Below, in pieces: positions 9,610-19,588 of a stretch of 34,861 nt of DNA (its first letter is position 1; each line of letters starts with the position of its first letter). The DNA is taken from assembly GCA_021399345.1 (NCBI GenBank), contig JAAFKI010000040.1, positions 1-34,861 on the forward strand, written 5' to 3'. Made by a program: the position numbers and the translations under genes. Under the pieces are notes generated by a model. The model ran no database searches and was not told where the DNA came from. It saw only the letters and a list, made by a program, of their open reading frames with translations. Origin of the DNA: Candidatus Heimdallarchaeota archaeon (lineage in GTDB: Archaea; Asgardarchaeota; Heimdallarchaeia; Heimdallarchaeales; Heimdallarchaeaceae).

Positions 9610-11931
9610 ATGAACCACCTAAAAAGGAAATATGGTTTTCTTTTTCTTTGTTTAATCTTAGTATCTTCTTCTTTATTCTTGATTGTAGGTCAGAATGAAG
9701 AATTAACTGAAAGTCCAACTCTTGAAGCAGGAGCAAAAGATTGGACCGTTATGATCTATGTTTGTGCAGATAATAACCTAGAATATTTTGGATTAGAAGA
9801 CTTGAATGAAATGGAACAAGCTGGGGGAACTACAGCTGATGTCAATATTATAGCCATGGTTGACAGATGTGAATATGAATATGAAACTCCAGATTATTCA
9901 AACGACTGGTCAGAAACTAGATATTATACCATAGTCGGAGATAGTGATACTACAACCTTCTCATCTCCTATGAATCAATCACTAGGTGAAGTGAATATGG
10001 GCGATCCCCAAAGTTTGAGGAACTTCATAAACTGGGGGTTGGCAAATTATCCAGCAGATAAAACAGCTCTGATTCTTTGGGATCATGGTGGAGGTCTAAG
10101 TGGAGTATGTTGGGATGAAGATAATGGAGATGATCATCTTACAATAAATGAATTGGAAACAGCCCTTACTGGATATTATTTTGATTTCCTTGGCTTTGAT
10201 GCATGTTTAATGGGTCAAATTGAAGTTCTTTATGAATTGAAAGATTATTGTGAGATTTACACAGCAAGTATGCTAAATGAACCAGGAGACGGATGGGATT
10301 ATTATGAATCATTATCAGCACTAATTACTAGTCCATCTATGTCAGCTAGTGATTTTGCTCAAAATGTTTGTGAAGATTATGTTGATTATTATTCCTTGTA
10401 TGGCATAGATGTGACATTAAGTGCTTATAATACATCTGAACTCATAGGCATTGAAACTTTAATCGATAGTGTATCTTCAGAATTAATCAGCCATTTACCC
10501 ACATATGGAAGTGAAATTTATGCTGCTAGGTCTAATTCTATGAGTCAACTCCCTGACCTCGAATGTGATTTCTATGAATTTTTAGCTAATCTGCAATCAA
10601 TTTCAGCTCCTTCTCTAAATACAGCTGTTGGTAATTTGATTAATACGCTAGATAATGCTCTCGTAATATCAAGTTCTACATTCATCATCGACCCTTATGG
10701 ATTATGGATATTCCTTCCAGCTTTACCATATCAATACTACAATGATTTCTATATTTACTCCAATCAAAGTGTAGTGGATTCTTACGATAATTTCTATTAT
10801 GATTTAGAATTTGTTTTGAATACCAACTGGGAGGATTTCTTGTATCAATGGAAATTAGGTCTAGGGAGCTTAATACCTTCAATCACAACAAGTACTCCGC
10901 ATTCAAATTCTCTAACAGATGGAGGATTTATGTATGTACAAGCTGATTTGCCAGCTCCAACTCCAGGCTATACATATCAAGCTACTTTATCCATGGATTT
11001 TGATGTGGATTTTGATATTGAAATCTGGAATGAAGCAGATTGGATTGGATTGCCTAACAGTTACTACGGCTACGGAGGAGAAGTAGGAGCAACAACAGAA
11101 ATTGTCTTAATCTCACCTTCAGCTGACTTTCCATTATTCTTCTACATTTACAGTTATACAGGAGCTGGTTCTTTTACTTTAAGCTTATCAGAAGTCGAAT
11201 ATATAGATGACATTTATGAAGAAAATGATGATTTTGATAATGCAGCTGAAATAGATACCGACATCACCTATAATCTAATTGCTAGTGATGATGACTATTT
11301 CTATGTAAATCTACCTTCAAGTGCATCAGTTACAATTCAGCTTAATTTCAATTATATTGATGTAGATCTTGATCTCTATCTTTGTGATGATGAAGGTTAT
11401 GTAGTAGATTACAGTGAGAACTACAATTCTGTAGAATCTATTTCAACTACTACTTCTTACTCTGGCTTATTTTATGTAGTTGTTAGTTATTTTGATGGTT
11501 TAGCTGGAGAATCATATTCATTATTAGTCTCTGTTGATAATGCTCCTCTAATATCGGACATTTATTCTTCTCCACCAGTTCTGAATCAAGGAGATACATT
11601 AACAATCTCATGTATTGTTACTGGTGTATATACAATAACTTCAGTGATTTTATCCTATAGTTATGATTCCCTTATATGGTACAACATCTCCATGATAAAT
11701 GGCTTAGGGGCATCTTACGAAATGTCCATTGCTTTACCAAATGATATAGACATAATTTATTTCAAGATAATTGCCTACGATAACGAAGGAAACTGGGATA
11801 TTTCTTCAGAACTTCACTTAGAGATTCAAGATGACAATACTTTTACATTTTCATCATTCCCATGGTATTTGATGCCATTAATTATCATTGGAACAGCTCT
11901 TATTTTCCGAAGAAGAATATTTCAAAAATAA
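9610..11931 (+). CDS. Secreted, membrane-anchored clostripain-family (C11) cysteine peptidase with PPC and Ig-like domains
   Basis: N-terminal signal/TM segment; WTVMIYVCADNNLE; catalytic His in WDHGGG and Cys in FDACLMG; PPC-like DFDIEIW and DLDLYL; C-terminal TM helix followed by RRR. Confidence 0.92.
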   Translation: MNHLKRKYGFLFLCLILVSSSLFLIVGQNEELTESPTLEAGAKDWTVMIYVCADNNLEYFGLEDLNEMEQAGGTTADVNIIAMVDRCEYEYETPDYSNDWSETRYYTIVGDSDTTTFSSPMNQSLGEVNMGDPQSLRNFINWGLANYPADKTALILWDHGGGLSGVCWDEDNGDDHLTINELETALTGYYFDFLGFDACLMGQIEVLYELKDYCEIYTASMLNEPGDGWDYYESLSALITSPSMSASDFAQNVCEDYVDYYSLYGIDVTLSAYNTSELIGIETLIDSVSSELISHLPTYGSEIYAARSNSMSQLPDLECDFYEFLANLQSISAPSLNTAVGNLINTLDNALVISSSTFIIDPYGLWIFLPALPYQYYNDFYIYSNQSVVDSYDNFYYDLEFVLNTNWEDFLYQWKLGLGSLIPSITTSTPHSNSLTDGGFMYVQADLPAPTPGYTYQATLSMDFDVDFDIEIWNEADWIGLPNSYYGYGGEVGATTEIVLISPSADFPLFFYIYSYTGAGSFTLSLSEVEYIDDIYEENDDFDNAAEIDTDITYNLIASDDDYFYVNLPSSASVTIQLNFNYIDVDLDLYLCDDEGYVVDYSENYNSVESISTTTSYSGLFYVVVSYFDGLAGESYSLLVSVDNAPLISDIYSSPPVLNQGDTLTISCIVTGVYTITSVILSYSYDSLIWYNISMINGLGASYEMSIALPNDIDIIYFKIIAYDNEGNWDISSELHLEIQDDNTFTFSSFPWYLMPLIIIGTALIFRRRIFQK

Positions 11932-12003
11932 AGAATAGTTTTCCTTTTTTCTCTTTTTCTGTTAAAATTATATACTAGTAATTTTTCTTCTCTCTAGATA
12001 GCT

Positions 12004-12900
12004 ATGTTGAAGATTCTTGGAATAGACAAAGAAAAATGTATCAAATGCGAGAAATGTATAGCTTCTTGTACAGTCGAATTATTCTCAGTTGAAAGAAAAG
12101 ATAATATGGAAAAAGAGATACATTTTGAGGATCCGTTGAGATTTTGTTTCAGATGCGCTCATTGTATAGCAATTTGTCCAACTGAAGCAATACTCTATGA
12201 GGGAGCCGATGAAGTATATAATTTTAAAGAAGCCAAGAATCCTTCAAAGTTACTATCGTATGAAGATTTTATGAAATTCTCACGTAGTAGAAGATCAACT
12301 AGGATTTTCAAACAAAAACCTCTTTCAGAAGAAGAAATTACACAAATTCTTGAAGCTATGAGATTTTCCCCAAGTGCGAGTAATAGACAAAATCGTTACT
12401 ACATTGTCCTTTCTAAGAAAGAAGAGATTGATTTCTTATCTGATAAAGTTGCTACTTTAATGGTTAGGGCAAAGAAGTATCTTAAATTAAAATACCTTGT
12501 AATTCCATTCACTAGTGGATTATTACGAAAAAGATTACTTAGTCCAAAAACAAAAATAAGTTTGGATAGATTTTTTGATAGAAGAAGTAAAGGTGTTGAT
12601 CAAATCTTTTTCAACGCTCCGTGTGTCATCATATTACATGCACCACCATATTCAAAAATGACAGCTTCGGATGCGGGAATTGCGATAACTCATGGAATGC
12701 TAGCAGCTCATTCAATGGGTTTAGGAACATGTTGGATTGGTTTTGCTCAAGAATATCTTTGGAGGAGTAAAAAAACAAGAAAACAACTAGGGATACCAAA
12801 AAATCACAATGTTCATGGAGTTTTCATAATTGGACATCCTGAACAAGAGTTTCTAAGAGCTCCCCCTCGTCGTGAAATCAACTTGAATTGGAAAAAATAG
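12004..12900 (+). CDS. Nitroreductase family protein with N-terminal 2x[4Fe-4S] ferredoxin domain
   Basis: CIKCEKCIASC and CFRCAHCIAICP; RRSTR, SPSASNRQ, GLGTCWIG. Confidence 0.93.
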   Translation: MLKILGIDKEKCIKCEKCIASCTVELFSVERKDNMEKEIHFEDPLRFCFRCAHCIAICPTEAILYEGADEVYNFKEAKNPSKLLSYEDFMKFSRSRRSTRIFKQKPLSEEEITQILEAMRFSPSASNRQNRYYIVLSKKEEIDFLSDKVATLMVRAKKYLKLKYLVIPFTSGLLRKRLLSPKTKISLDRFFDRRSKGVDQIFFNAPCVIILHAPPYSKMTASDAGIAITHGMLAAHSMGLGTCWIGFAQEYLWRSKKTRKQLGIPKNHNVHGVFIIGHPEQEFLRAPPRREINLNWKK

Positions 12901-12916
12901 ATTTAGTGAGAGTCTT

Positions 12917-13360
12917 TTATTCTGGTCTTACTTCTGTTTTTCCTGTTTTAATGTTGAATATATATATGTCTCTTTTTACAGGAATTTGGACGCTTACTTG
13001 TTCTAAATCAATTTTATATAGGAAAAATCTAGAGTCTTCTGATGATTCCCAATATCCATCAAACCAAGGAATAGCATTAGCTAAATCTTGTCTTATTTCT
13101 TGATCATCAATTAAAATTGCTCTTCCAGCACCTCTTATTGTACTCAAATCAGCCCTATCTTGTGGGTTGATAGCAAATTCAACGTTATCATTAGTTTCAA
13201 TTTCCTTAATCTTTTTTCTTCCAGCAATGCTAACAAACCAGCATGTATCATTATGATAGATTAAAGCCATTGGTCTTACTTTAGGTTGGTTTCCATCTAC
13301 AGTCGCTAGATACATAAGAGGTTGAGATTTGAAATAATCAATCACAGTTTCAATTTTCAT
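12917..13360 (-). CDS. Pyridoxamine 5'-phosphate oxidase-like FMN-binding split-barrel protein
   Basis: YLATVDGNQPKVRPM, KIKEIETNDNV. Confidence 0.88.
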   Translation of the reverse strand: MKIETVIDYFKSQPLMYLATVDGNQPKVRPMALIYHNDTCWFVSIAGRKKIKEIETNDNVEFAINPQDRADLSTIRGAGRAILIDDQEIRQDLANAIPWFDGYWESSEDSRFFLYKIDLEQVSVQIPVKRDIYIFNIKTGKTEVRPE

Positions 13361-13445
13361 GAATATAGGATTTATTGAACATTAATATGCATTTTTCTTT
13401 TGGTCGATGTTAATCCTTTTTAAACTGAAAACTTAGAATCCATTC

Positions 13446-13844
13446 ATGACTGACGAAAGAGAGTATCCTGTTCCTATTAAGGAAATTTATTTCCAAGTTA
13501 AAGTCACAGATATAGAGAGAGCTAAGAAATTCTATGAAGACATTTTCAATTTTGAGATATCTTGGTATATGGGTCCTGAAGCTGGTTGGTGTGAATTTTT
13601 CCTTCCTGGTAAAGTAGCAAAGCTAGGATTGAATCTTGTTGAAAAAGATCATGAATATCTCCCCAGCTCAGGAGTACTTACATTTAATGTCCCAGATCTA
13701 GAAGCTACTAAGAAATACTTCGAAGGTAAAAGCATAGAAACTACTGATATTGTTGACATACCTAAGATGGTATCGTATTTCAATATTAAAGACTCAGAAG
13801 GAAATTCTATACAGATTATTAGTGAACCCAAAATCAACGAATAA
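13446..13844 (+). CDS. VOC/glyoxalase family protein
   Basis: VTDIERAKKFYEDIF, FNVPDLE, IKDSEGNSIQI. Confidence 0.9.
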   Translation: MTDEREYPVPIKEIYFQVKVTDIERAKKFYEDIFNFEISWYMGPEAGWCEFFLPGKVAKLGLNLVEKDHEYLPSSGVLTFNVPDLEATKKYFEGKSIETTDIVDIPKMVSYFNIKDSEGNSIQIISEPKINE

Positions 13845-14067
13845 AGCTATCTCTCTCTCATTTTTTTTGTAAAATATTAAATTTTCATCTAGATAACTAG
13901 GTCTTTTTATGTATATTTAGCTTTAAAGCTGTGAGAACAGTCTAGACGCCAACATAATTCCGACAAAAAGCGAATTACAATCGTATTATTTTCGTACAAT
14001 TTTCTTTAAAAAGATTTTTCTCTGGATAAAACTTAATATAATCAGATTCTATCTTTATTTGAGAAAG

Positions 14068-14931
14068 ATGACATTTTCAATAGTAGCTTATGATTCTGAA
14101 AAGAAAGAGTGGGGAGTAGCTGTGCAGTCAAAATTCATTGCAGTTGGAAGCATTGTTCCATTTGCTAAAGTGAATGTTGGAGCAGTTGCTACTCAAGCAT
14201 GGGCGAATACAAGTTATGGCCCAAAAAGCTTAGCATTATTGGAACAAGGTATGTCAGCAGAAGAGACAATCAAAATAATCACTCAGCATGATGAAAAAAG
14301 AGAACATAGACAAGTTGGTATAGTTGACTCTTTTGGAAACGCTGCTTCATTTACAGGCAAGAAATGTTTTGATTGGGCAGGACATGTGACTGGTGAAAAT
14401 TATGCATGTCAGGGGAATATACTTGTTTCTGAAGATACTGTTTTAGCAATGTCTCATGCCTATAGAGAAACATCTGGGGATCTTGTTGAAAAACTTCTAG
14501 CAGCTTTAGAAGAGGGACAAGAAGCTGGTGGGGATAGTAGAGGAAAACAGTCAGCTGCAATTCTAATTGTTAAAGAAGAAGGTGCATATGATGGAGGAAC
14601 AGACAGATACATCAATGTAAGAGTTGATGAACATGAGCATCCAATTAAAGAACTCCGAAGAGTGTTTGAACTTTATGATCTCTCCCTTTTAAAAAGAGAT
14701 GACCCAGATGATAAGGTGAAATTATCAGGAGATATCATGAAAACAATCAAGGAAGTTTTGAAGAAGGATGGCTTCTTTGATGGTGAAATTAACAACAAAT
14801 ATGACGATGTTACCAAGGAATCCTTACAGAAATGGATGCACACAAATAATTTTGAAGTTAAAGAAAGAGAAGACAACTATATGTGGGGAGCTGTTTATAG
14901 ATTTATAGAAAAGAGAAAAGAAGAAGGGTGA
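14068..14931 (+). CDS. DUF1028 family Ntn-hydrolase-like protein with C-terminal peptidoglycan-binding-like domain
   Basis: MTFSIVA N-terminus (ATG 14068 preferred over TTG 14059), GAVATQ, RQVGIVD, GGDSRGKQSAA, RVDEH. Confidence 0.92.
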   Translation: MTFSIVAYDSEKKEWGVAVQSKFIAVGSIVPFAKVNVGAVATQAWANTSYGPKSLALLEQGMSAEETIKIITQHDEKREHRQVGIVDSFGNAASFTGKKCFDWAGHVTGENYACQGNILVSEDTVLAMSHAYRETSGDLVEKLLAALEEGQEAGGDSRGKQSAAILIVKEEGAYDGGTDRYINVRVDEHEHPIKELRRVFELYDLSLLKRDDPDDKVKLSGDIMKTIKEVLKKDGFFDGEINNKYDDVTKESLQKWMHTNNFEVKEREDNYMWGAVYRFIEKRKEEG

Positions 14932-15065
14932 ACTTACTATCAGGTGCTGAATTAAATCCAGACAGATATAACAACATATTCAGCCGTAAAAAATCATACT
15001 TTAGTCTAATTTAGTAAATGTGCAAAATGAAACTTATTTTATAGGTGAGGTAATTTTTCATATTA

Positions 15066-15512
15066 ATGAGAATTCCAAAACAAGTACTGGTCTATCCTGT
15101 AAAAGAAATAGATGATGGTTGGGAGTATCTTCTGCTTAAAAGAATTGAAAGCATTGGTGGCTTCTGGCAAGGAGTAACTGGAGCCCCCGAAAAAGGAGAG
15201 GATCTTTTAGATGCAGCTAAAAGAGAATTATTAGAAGAAACAAGTTATATCCCGAATTTTATTTTTCAGACAGATTTTTCCTATTTAATTGCAATAGAAG
15301 AAAAATACAATAAGGATTATCCTGAAGATGTTAAAGAAATTCCCGAATATGTTTTTGTTGCAAGAATCAACCAACCAGATTTACCTAGTATTGATCCAAA
15401 GGAACATGATGAATGGAAATGGTGTTCTTTTGAAGAAGCAATGGAACTGCTCAAGTGGGAAGATAACAAAAAAGCTCTAGAACATGTAAGAAACATTTTA
15501 GAAGAAAAATAA
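15066..15512 (+). CDS. NUDIX hydrolase (NudB-like)
   Basis: FWQGVTG followed by Nudix box GAPEKGEDLLDAAKRELLEET; EHDEWKW. Confidence 0.9.
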   Translation: MRIPKQVLVYPVKEIDDGWEYLLLKRIESIGGFWQGVTGAPEKGEDLLDAAKRELLEETSYIPNFIFQTDFSYLIAIEEKYNKDYPEDVKEIPEYVFVARINQPDLPSIDPKEHDEWKWCSFEEAMELLKWEDNKKALEHVRNILEEK

Positions 15513-15527
15513 GCAGAAGTGAATTCT

Positions 15528-16001
15528 TCATTCTTCACTCTGTTTGAAAGTTTTTATTATTGAAATAGCTCTATATCCGGAGTAAATAGAACTCAAAAAT
15601 AGAGCAACAGAAGCGAATATTATAGCCGCTAGAGGAGTAAGTAGGCTGTAAAACAAAATAGTAATTATCAAACTGCTTACCAAAAATCCAGAAAAAAGTC
15701 CTAAAGAAGGTATCATCCAACCTTTGAATACATAGATTTCAGTAAGAATACCTATCTTTAGACTTCGTAAGTTTTCATACTCCTCTTTTAAGTTATATCT
15801 ATTATTCGTGTTTTTTTCAAGAAGTCCTAGTTGCTCTAATCTTTGAAGGTGATATTGAGAATGACTGGCTGATTTAAATCCTAAATCTCTTTGGGTTTCT
15901 CTAACTCCAACATCTTTAGCTTTCTTTAATGCATATACAAATACACGTAAAGCTGTTCCTGTCAAAGAAGAGATTATGTCTTCATCATTTTTTTCAGTCA
16001 T
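15528..16001 (-). CDS. Winged-helix transcriptional regulator with two C-terminal TM helices
   Basis: GVRETQRDLGFKSASHSQYHLQRLEQLGLLEK wHTH, then two hydrophobic helices; GGTGA SD upstream. Confidence 0.82.
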   Translation of the reverse strand: MTEKNDEDIISSLTGTALRVFVYALKKAKDVGVRETQRDLGFKSASHSQYHLQRLEQLGLLEKNTNNRYNLKEEYENLRSLKIGILTEIYVFKGWMIPSLGLFSGFLVSSLIITILFYSLLTPLAAIIFASVALFLSSIYSGYRAISIIKTFKQSEE

Positions 16002-16017
16002 TCAGATTTCACCTAAT

Positions 16018-16722
16018 TTAGAAGTATGGGGCGAATAAGTTACTTAATATGGTTATATAATCATCAAATGCGCTTTCAGGTATAAGAACAGCTGCTCCCA
16101 AAAGATCTTGAGTATATTGATAGTTATCATACCAAGTTAATGATTTGAAGAGAATTAATCCATCTAGATCCACAAATAGGATAATAACAGTATTGTTCTC
16201 AAAATATATTTCAGTTACAAATTTCAAACTAGCATGGTATTGATCAGATGGGTATGGTTCTTGACCATATGTTCCAACTTTGGATGTTTTGTTTATTGAA
16301 TCGAATAATCCAACAGCTATTTCATCAACTTGTGATTTCGATAGAATAAAATTAACATCTTCTGAGGGATTGATTGCATCTGCTGAAACATTCCATTCGT
16401 ATGAGATACTATCACCAATTCTATCAAAATATGCCCATATCAATCTGTTGTTTATCTGAGCTGTTCCATTTCCGATTACTTCCATATGAACTACATTAGG
16501 AATTGAGCTGGAAACTGATTCAGCTAACCTTGTCGAGAACCCTGTGTCATCATTTATATCCGGTGGAGTTGTATCTTGCATACCAAAATATACGCCAATT
16601 CCGACGATACCGCCAGTAACAACTGCTATTCCGAAACCGATAGCTATCCATTTTATGAAACTACCTTTTAAGTTTCTTGAGATTGCTTCACTTAATATTT
16701 TTTTATCACTCATTTTCATCAT
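16018..16722 (-). CDS. Single-pass membrane protein of unknown function
   Basis: Basic N-terminus, Gly-rich TM segment (WIAIGFGIAVVTGGIVGIGVYFGM), acidic external domain. Confidence 0.75.
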   Translation of the reverse strand: MMKMSDKKILSEAISRNLKGSFIKWIAIGFGIAVVTGGIVGIGVYFGMQDTTPPDINDDTGFSTRLAESVSSSIPNVVHMEVIGNGTAQINNRLIWAYFDRIGDSISYEWNVSADAINPSEDVNFILSKSQVDEIAVGLFDSINKTSKVGTYGQEPYPSDQYHASLKFVTEIYFENNTVIILFVDLDGLILFKSLTWYDNYQYTQDLLGAAVLIPESAFDDYITILSNLFAPYF

Positions 16723-16779
16723 CCGAAGCGTATTTACTTCAAGAAACTCACGCTCAAAGACTCTTATAATAAAATGTTT

Positions 16780-16834
16780 TGTACAGCCATTATCAAATCT
16801 TGTACAAGAATTTGAACACTACTCTAGTGTCAAA
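16780..16834. promoter_or_regulatory. Candidate operator palindromes in the divergent promoter
   Basis: TGTACA at 16780 and 16801 (the latter inside the perfect palindrome TCTTGTACAAGA, 16798-16809), plus ACACTA-ctc-TAGTGT at 16816-16830. Confidence 0.5.
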
Positions 16835-16875
16835 CAAAAACTGTTTTTAATCCCCCTTGTCTACCTTATTCGAAA

Positions 16876-18366
16876 GTGGTCATCATGAAAGTTGATGTAA
16901 AAAGGATTAGTTTAAAAGAAAATGACCTTCCTCTAGTCATTCTTGGAGTTTTAGAAGAAGCAAAAGAGGATATAATGCTTAAGGGATTAAATGAAATCGT
17001 TGGTGAAATTTTAGAGCTGGGTGATTTCAAAGGAAAAACAGGGCAAATGTCCCTAGTATATACTCAAGGCTCTATTGCAACCAAAAGACTTCTCCTAGTA
17101 GGTTTAGGAAAGGAAGAAAAACTAACTGTAGAAACAGTTCGAAAAGCATTGGGCAATTCTTCAAGGAAAGCTAGAGATCTTGATGTAAAGAAAGTAGGAG
17201 TCAATCTTGATTTCTTTTCAAGAAACAAATTAGATATTGTTGAAACAACAGAAGCCATCGTTCAAGGCGTGGTTATGGGGAGTTTCCAAAATATTACTTA
17301 CAAAACAGAAAAACTTGAAAAGTATAAAAAACTCGATGAACTACAGGTTTTCAGTGAAACAGTTGAAGAAGACATCATGAAGAAAGGAGCTGAAAGCGGA
17401 AAAATAATCGCTGATTCAGTTAACTTATGTAGAACATTAGCATGGGGTCCTGCTAATTATATCACTCCAACCAAACTTGCTGATGAAGCCCTACGAATGG
17501 AAAAGGAAACGGGAATTAAAACAACTATTTTTGATAGAGAAAAAACCAAAGAAATAGGTCTAACTAGTTTTCTAGCCGTTGCAAGAGGAACAAAAGAACC
17601 ACCTAAATTTATAATAATGGAGCATGGTGCTGACAAACAAGGAGTCGAAACAGTTGCATTAATTGGTAAAGCAATCACCTTTGACAGTGGTGGCATAAGT
17701 ATCAAACCTGGTCAAAATATGGAAAAAATGAAAGCTGATATGACAGGTGGTGCTGTAGTTATTGCAGCTATGGAAGCAATAGCCAAATTAGACATCAACC
17801 TGCATGTAGTAGGGATTGTGCCTGCAACAGACAATATGCCTTCAGGGACAGCTTATCATCCTGGCGACATAATAACAAGCTATAGTGGTCACACAATTGA
17901 AGTCATCAATACTGATGCCGAAGGACGAATGGTTTTGAATGATGCTTTAACTTATGCTGCTAAACATTATGAACCAAAAGCTATGTTTGATTTCGCAACA
18001 TTGACTGGAGCGATGATGATAGCTTTAGGTGAACATGCTGTAGGATACTTTTCCAATCATGATTTCGTAGTTGATAAGCTAGAAGAAGCTTCTAAATCTA
18101 GTGGTGATAAAATTTGGAGAATGCCTTTATGGGAAGACTACGATGAGCAGTTAAAAAGCGATCTAGCAGACTTCAAACATACAGGTGGAAGACCTGGTGG
18201 CTCAATAACAGCAGCAAGGTTTCTAAGTAAATTCACTATGGACGTTCCATGGGCTCATTTAGATATAGCAGGTGCAATGGAACAAAGCAGTGATAAAGAC
18301 TACAATCCAAAAGGTAGCAAAGGTCCAGCTGTTAGATTAATCATTGATGTATTAAGAAATTGGTAG
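16876..18366 (+). CDS. pepA: Leucyl aminopeptidase (M17); start may be ATG 16885
   Basis: GKAITFDSGG, MKADMTGGA, NTDAEGR, ATLTGA, WAHLDIAG. Confidence 0.96.
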   Translation: MVIMKVDVKRISLKENDLPLVILGVLEEAKEDIMLKGLNEIVGEILELGDFKGKTGQMSLVYTQGSIATKRLLLVGLGKEEKLTVETVRKALGNSSRKARDLDVKKVGVNLDFFSRNKLDIVETTEAIVQGVVMGSFQNITYKTEKLEKYKKLDELQVFSETVEEDIMKKGAESGKIIADSVNLCRTLAWGPANYITPTKLADEALRMEKETGIKTTIFDREKTKEIGLTSFLAVARGTKEPPKFIIMEHGADKQGVETVALIGKAITFDSGGISIKPGQNMEKMKADMTGGAVVIAAMEAIAKLDINLHVVGIVPATDNMPSGTAYHPGDIITSYSGHTIEVINTDAEGRMVLNDALTYAAKHYEPKAMFDFATLTGAMMIALGEHAVGYFSNHDFVVDKLEEASKSSGDKIWRMPLWEDYDEQLKSDLADFKHTGGRPGGSITAARFLSKFTMDVPWAHLDIAGAMEQSSDKDYNPKGSKGPAVRLIIDVLRNW

Positions 18367-18373
18367 AAAACTG

Positions 18374-18408
18374 TCAAGTGTGATACGATTATCACCTTGA
18401 ATTTTTTT
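18374..18408 (+). terminator. Hairpin plus T-tract between the convergent pepA and nitroreductase genes
   Basis: TCAAG(T)GTGATA-cgat-TATCAC-CTTGA followed by ATTTTTTT. Confidence 0.55.
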
Positions 18409-19021
18409 ATTCATGCCAAATAGTAACTTCCTCTACAGTTTTTTTAGGAGCTCGTTTTGGATCTTCATCAGGATACCCTAAGGCTATAGCTGCAATTAGT
18501 GGACCAGAATAACCTATTTCAATGCCAGCTTTTTGATCAAAATCTAAAAACATTTCCTTAAACTCTGATTCCACTTTTTTAATATCAAGGAAATCGATAA
18601 TTGCATTCTCAACAAAAAGAACATCATTTATCCAGACTGTTCCCAAACCCATGCTATGCGCTTTCAATAACATATTCTGAATTGCAGCTGACACAGACTG
18701 AATCTCTGCACTGATTCCCCCCCATTCGCATGTTTGTAAAACTAAAATCACAACTGGTGCTTGATCCATTATATTGTATGAATTAGCTGTAGAAGCCATT
18801 AAAGGGATCATTGGAAGTTTTTCAATTCCTTCTCTACAAACTTGTATCAATTTAGCTTTGGCTTCGTCTTGAAAAACATGAAATCTCCACTGAACACGGT
18901 TTTTTGCAGATGGAGCTCTATTTCCTGCGTCAAGGATTTCTACAATTTGTTCTTTTGTAAGAGGTTTTTCCTTGTATTTTCTTATGGATCTTCTATTACG
19001 AATAACATCATCTATATTCAT
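18407..19021 (-). CDS. Nitroreductase family protein
   Basis: RRSIRKY, APSAKNRVQW, AAIQNMLLKAHSMGLGTVW, LGYPDE. Confidence 0.93.
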   Translation of the reverse strand: MNIDDVIRNRRSIRKYKEKPLTKEQIVEILDAGNRAPSAKNRVQWRFHVFQDEAKAKLIQVCREGIEKLPMIPLMASTANSYNIMDQAPVVILVLQTCEWGGISAEIQSVSAAIQNMLLKAHSMGLGTVWINDVLFVENAIIDFLDIKKVESEFKEMFLDFDQKAGIEIGYSGPLIAAIALGYPDEDPKRAPKKTVEEVTIWHE

Positions 19022-19060
19022 AGATAAACAATAGATGAAATGAATAAAAGATTTGTGTGG

Positions 19061-19588
19061 TTATTTAATTTCATCAGTAGTTGCCAAAGATTGAATTCTC
19101 TTAATCCCTTGATATTTCTCAATAAGAGGAAGAAGTTCATCAGGAAGGGCTTGTTGCCAGTTCTCTCCTTTAATCATTTTTTCTCTTATAATTTTTCCAC
19201 TTAATTTTTCTCTTTTGTTGAGGGGAATTTCTCTTACTTCTTTGTTACTTAAGTCTGTAAACAGCTCTTGAACAAGAGAATTATTTGTGAAGATTACATC
19301 AAAACCTGGAACTAGGTCTATAACATTAGCAGCCCAGATTGTGTTTCGATTAATATCTGGAATTGCAGAAATAAAGAATTGATCATAGTTGAAGTGTTTC
19401 TTAACCATTGTCACAACCATTTCATACCTCTCCCCACCAGTGAAAGGATTCTTTAATGAATAAGCTTTTTCTCCACTTCCAATAAGTATGATTATCTCAT
19501 CAATATCTGGTTGATTTAGTATGTACTCTAATGCATAGATATGTCCCTTGTGAGGAGGATTAAAACGTCCCAAGTATAAAGCTCTCAT
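19061..19588 (-). CDS. nadM: Nicotinamide-nucleotide adenylyltransferase (archaeal NadM)
   Basis: GRFNPPHKGH, IGS, NPFTGGER, SGKIIRE. Confidence 0.92.
   Translation of the reverse strand: MRALYLGRFNPPHKGHIYALEYILNQPDIDEIIILIGSGEKAYSLKNPFTGGERYEMVVTMVKKHFNYDQFFISAIPDINRNTIWAANVIDLVPGFDVIFTNNSLVQELFTDLSNKEVREIPLNKREKLSGKIIREKMIKGENWQQALPDELLPLIEKYQGIKRIQSLATTDEIK

Noticed and set aside
7210-13844. Bacillithiol pathway (BshB-like deacetylase, VOC/FosB-like, YpdA-like reductase)
   Set aside because: The genes are scattered and not co-oriented, there is no BshA or BshC, and the families are too generic.
14929-14960. Selenocysteine/TGA readthrough in TGA-ending genes
   Set aside because: The DUF1028 frame hits TAA eight codons later, the domain is already complete, and I saw no convincing SECIS-like element.
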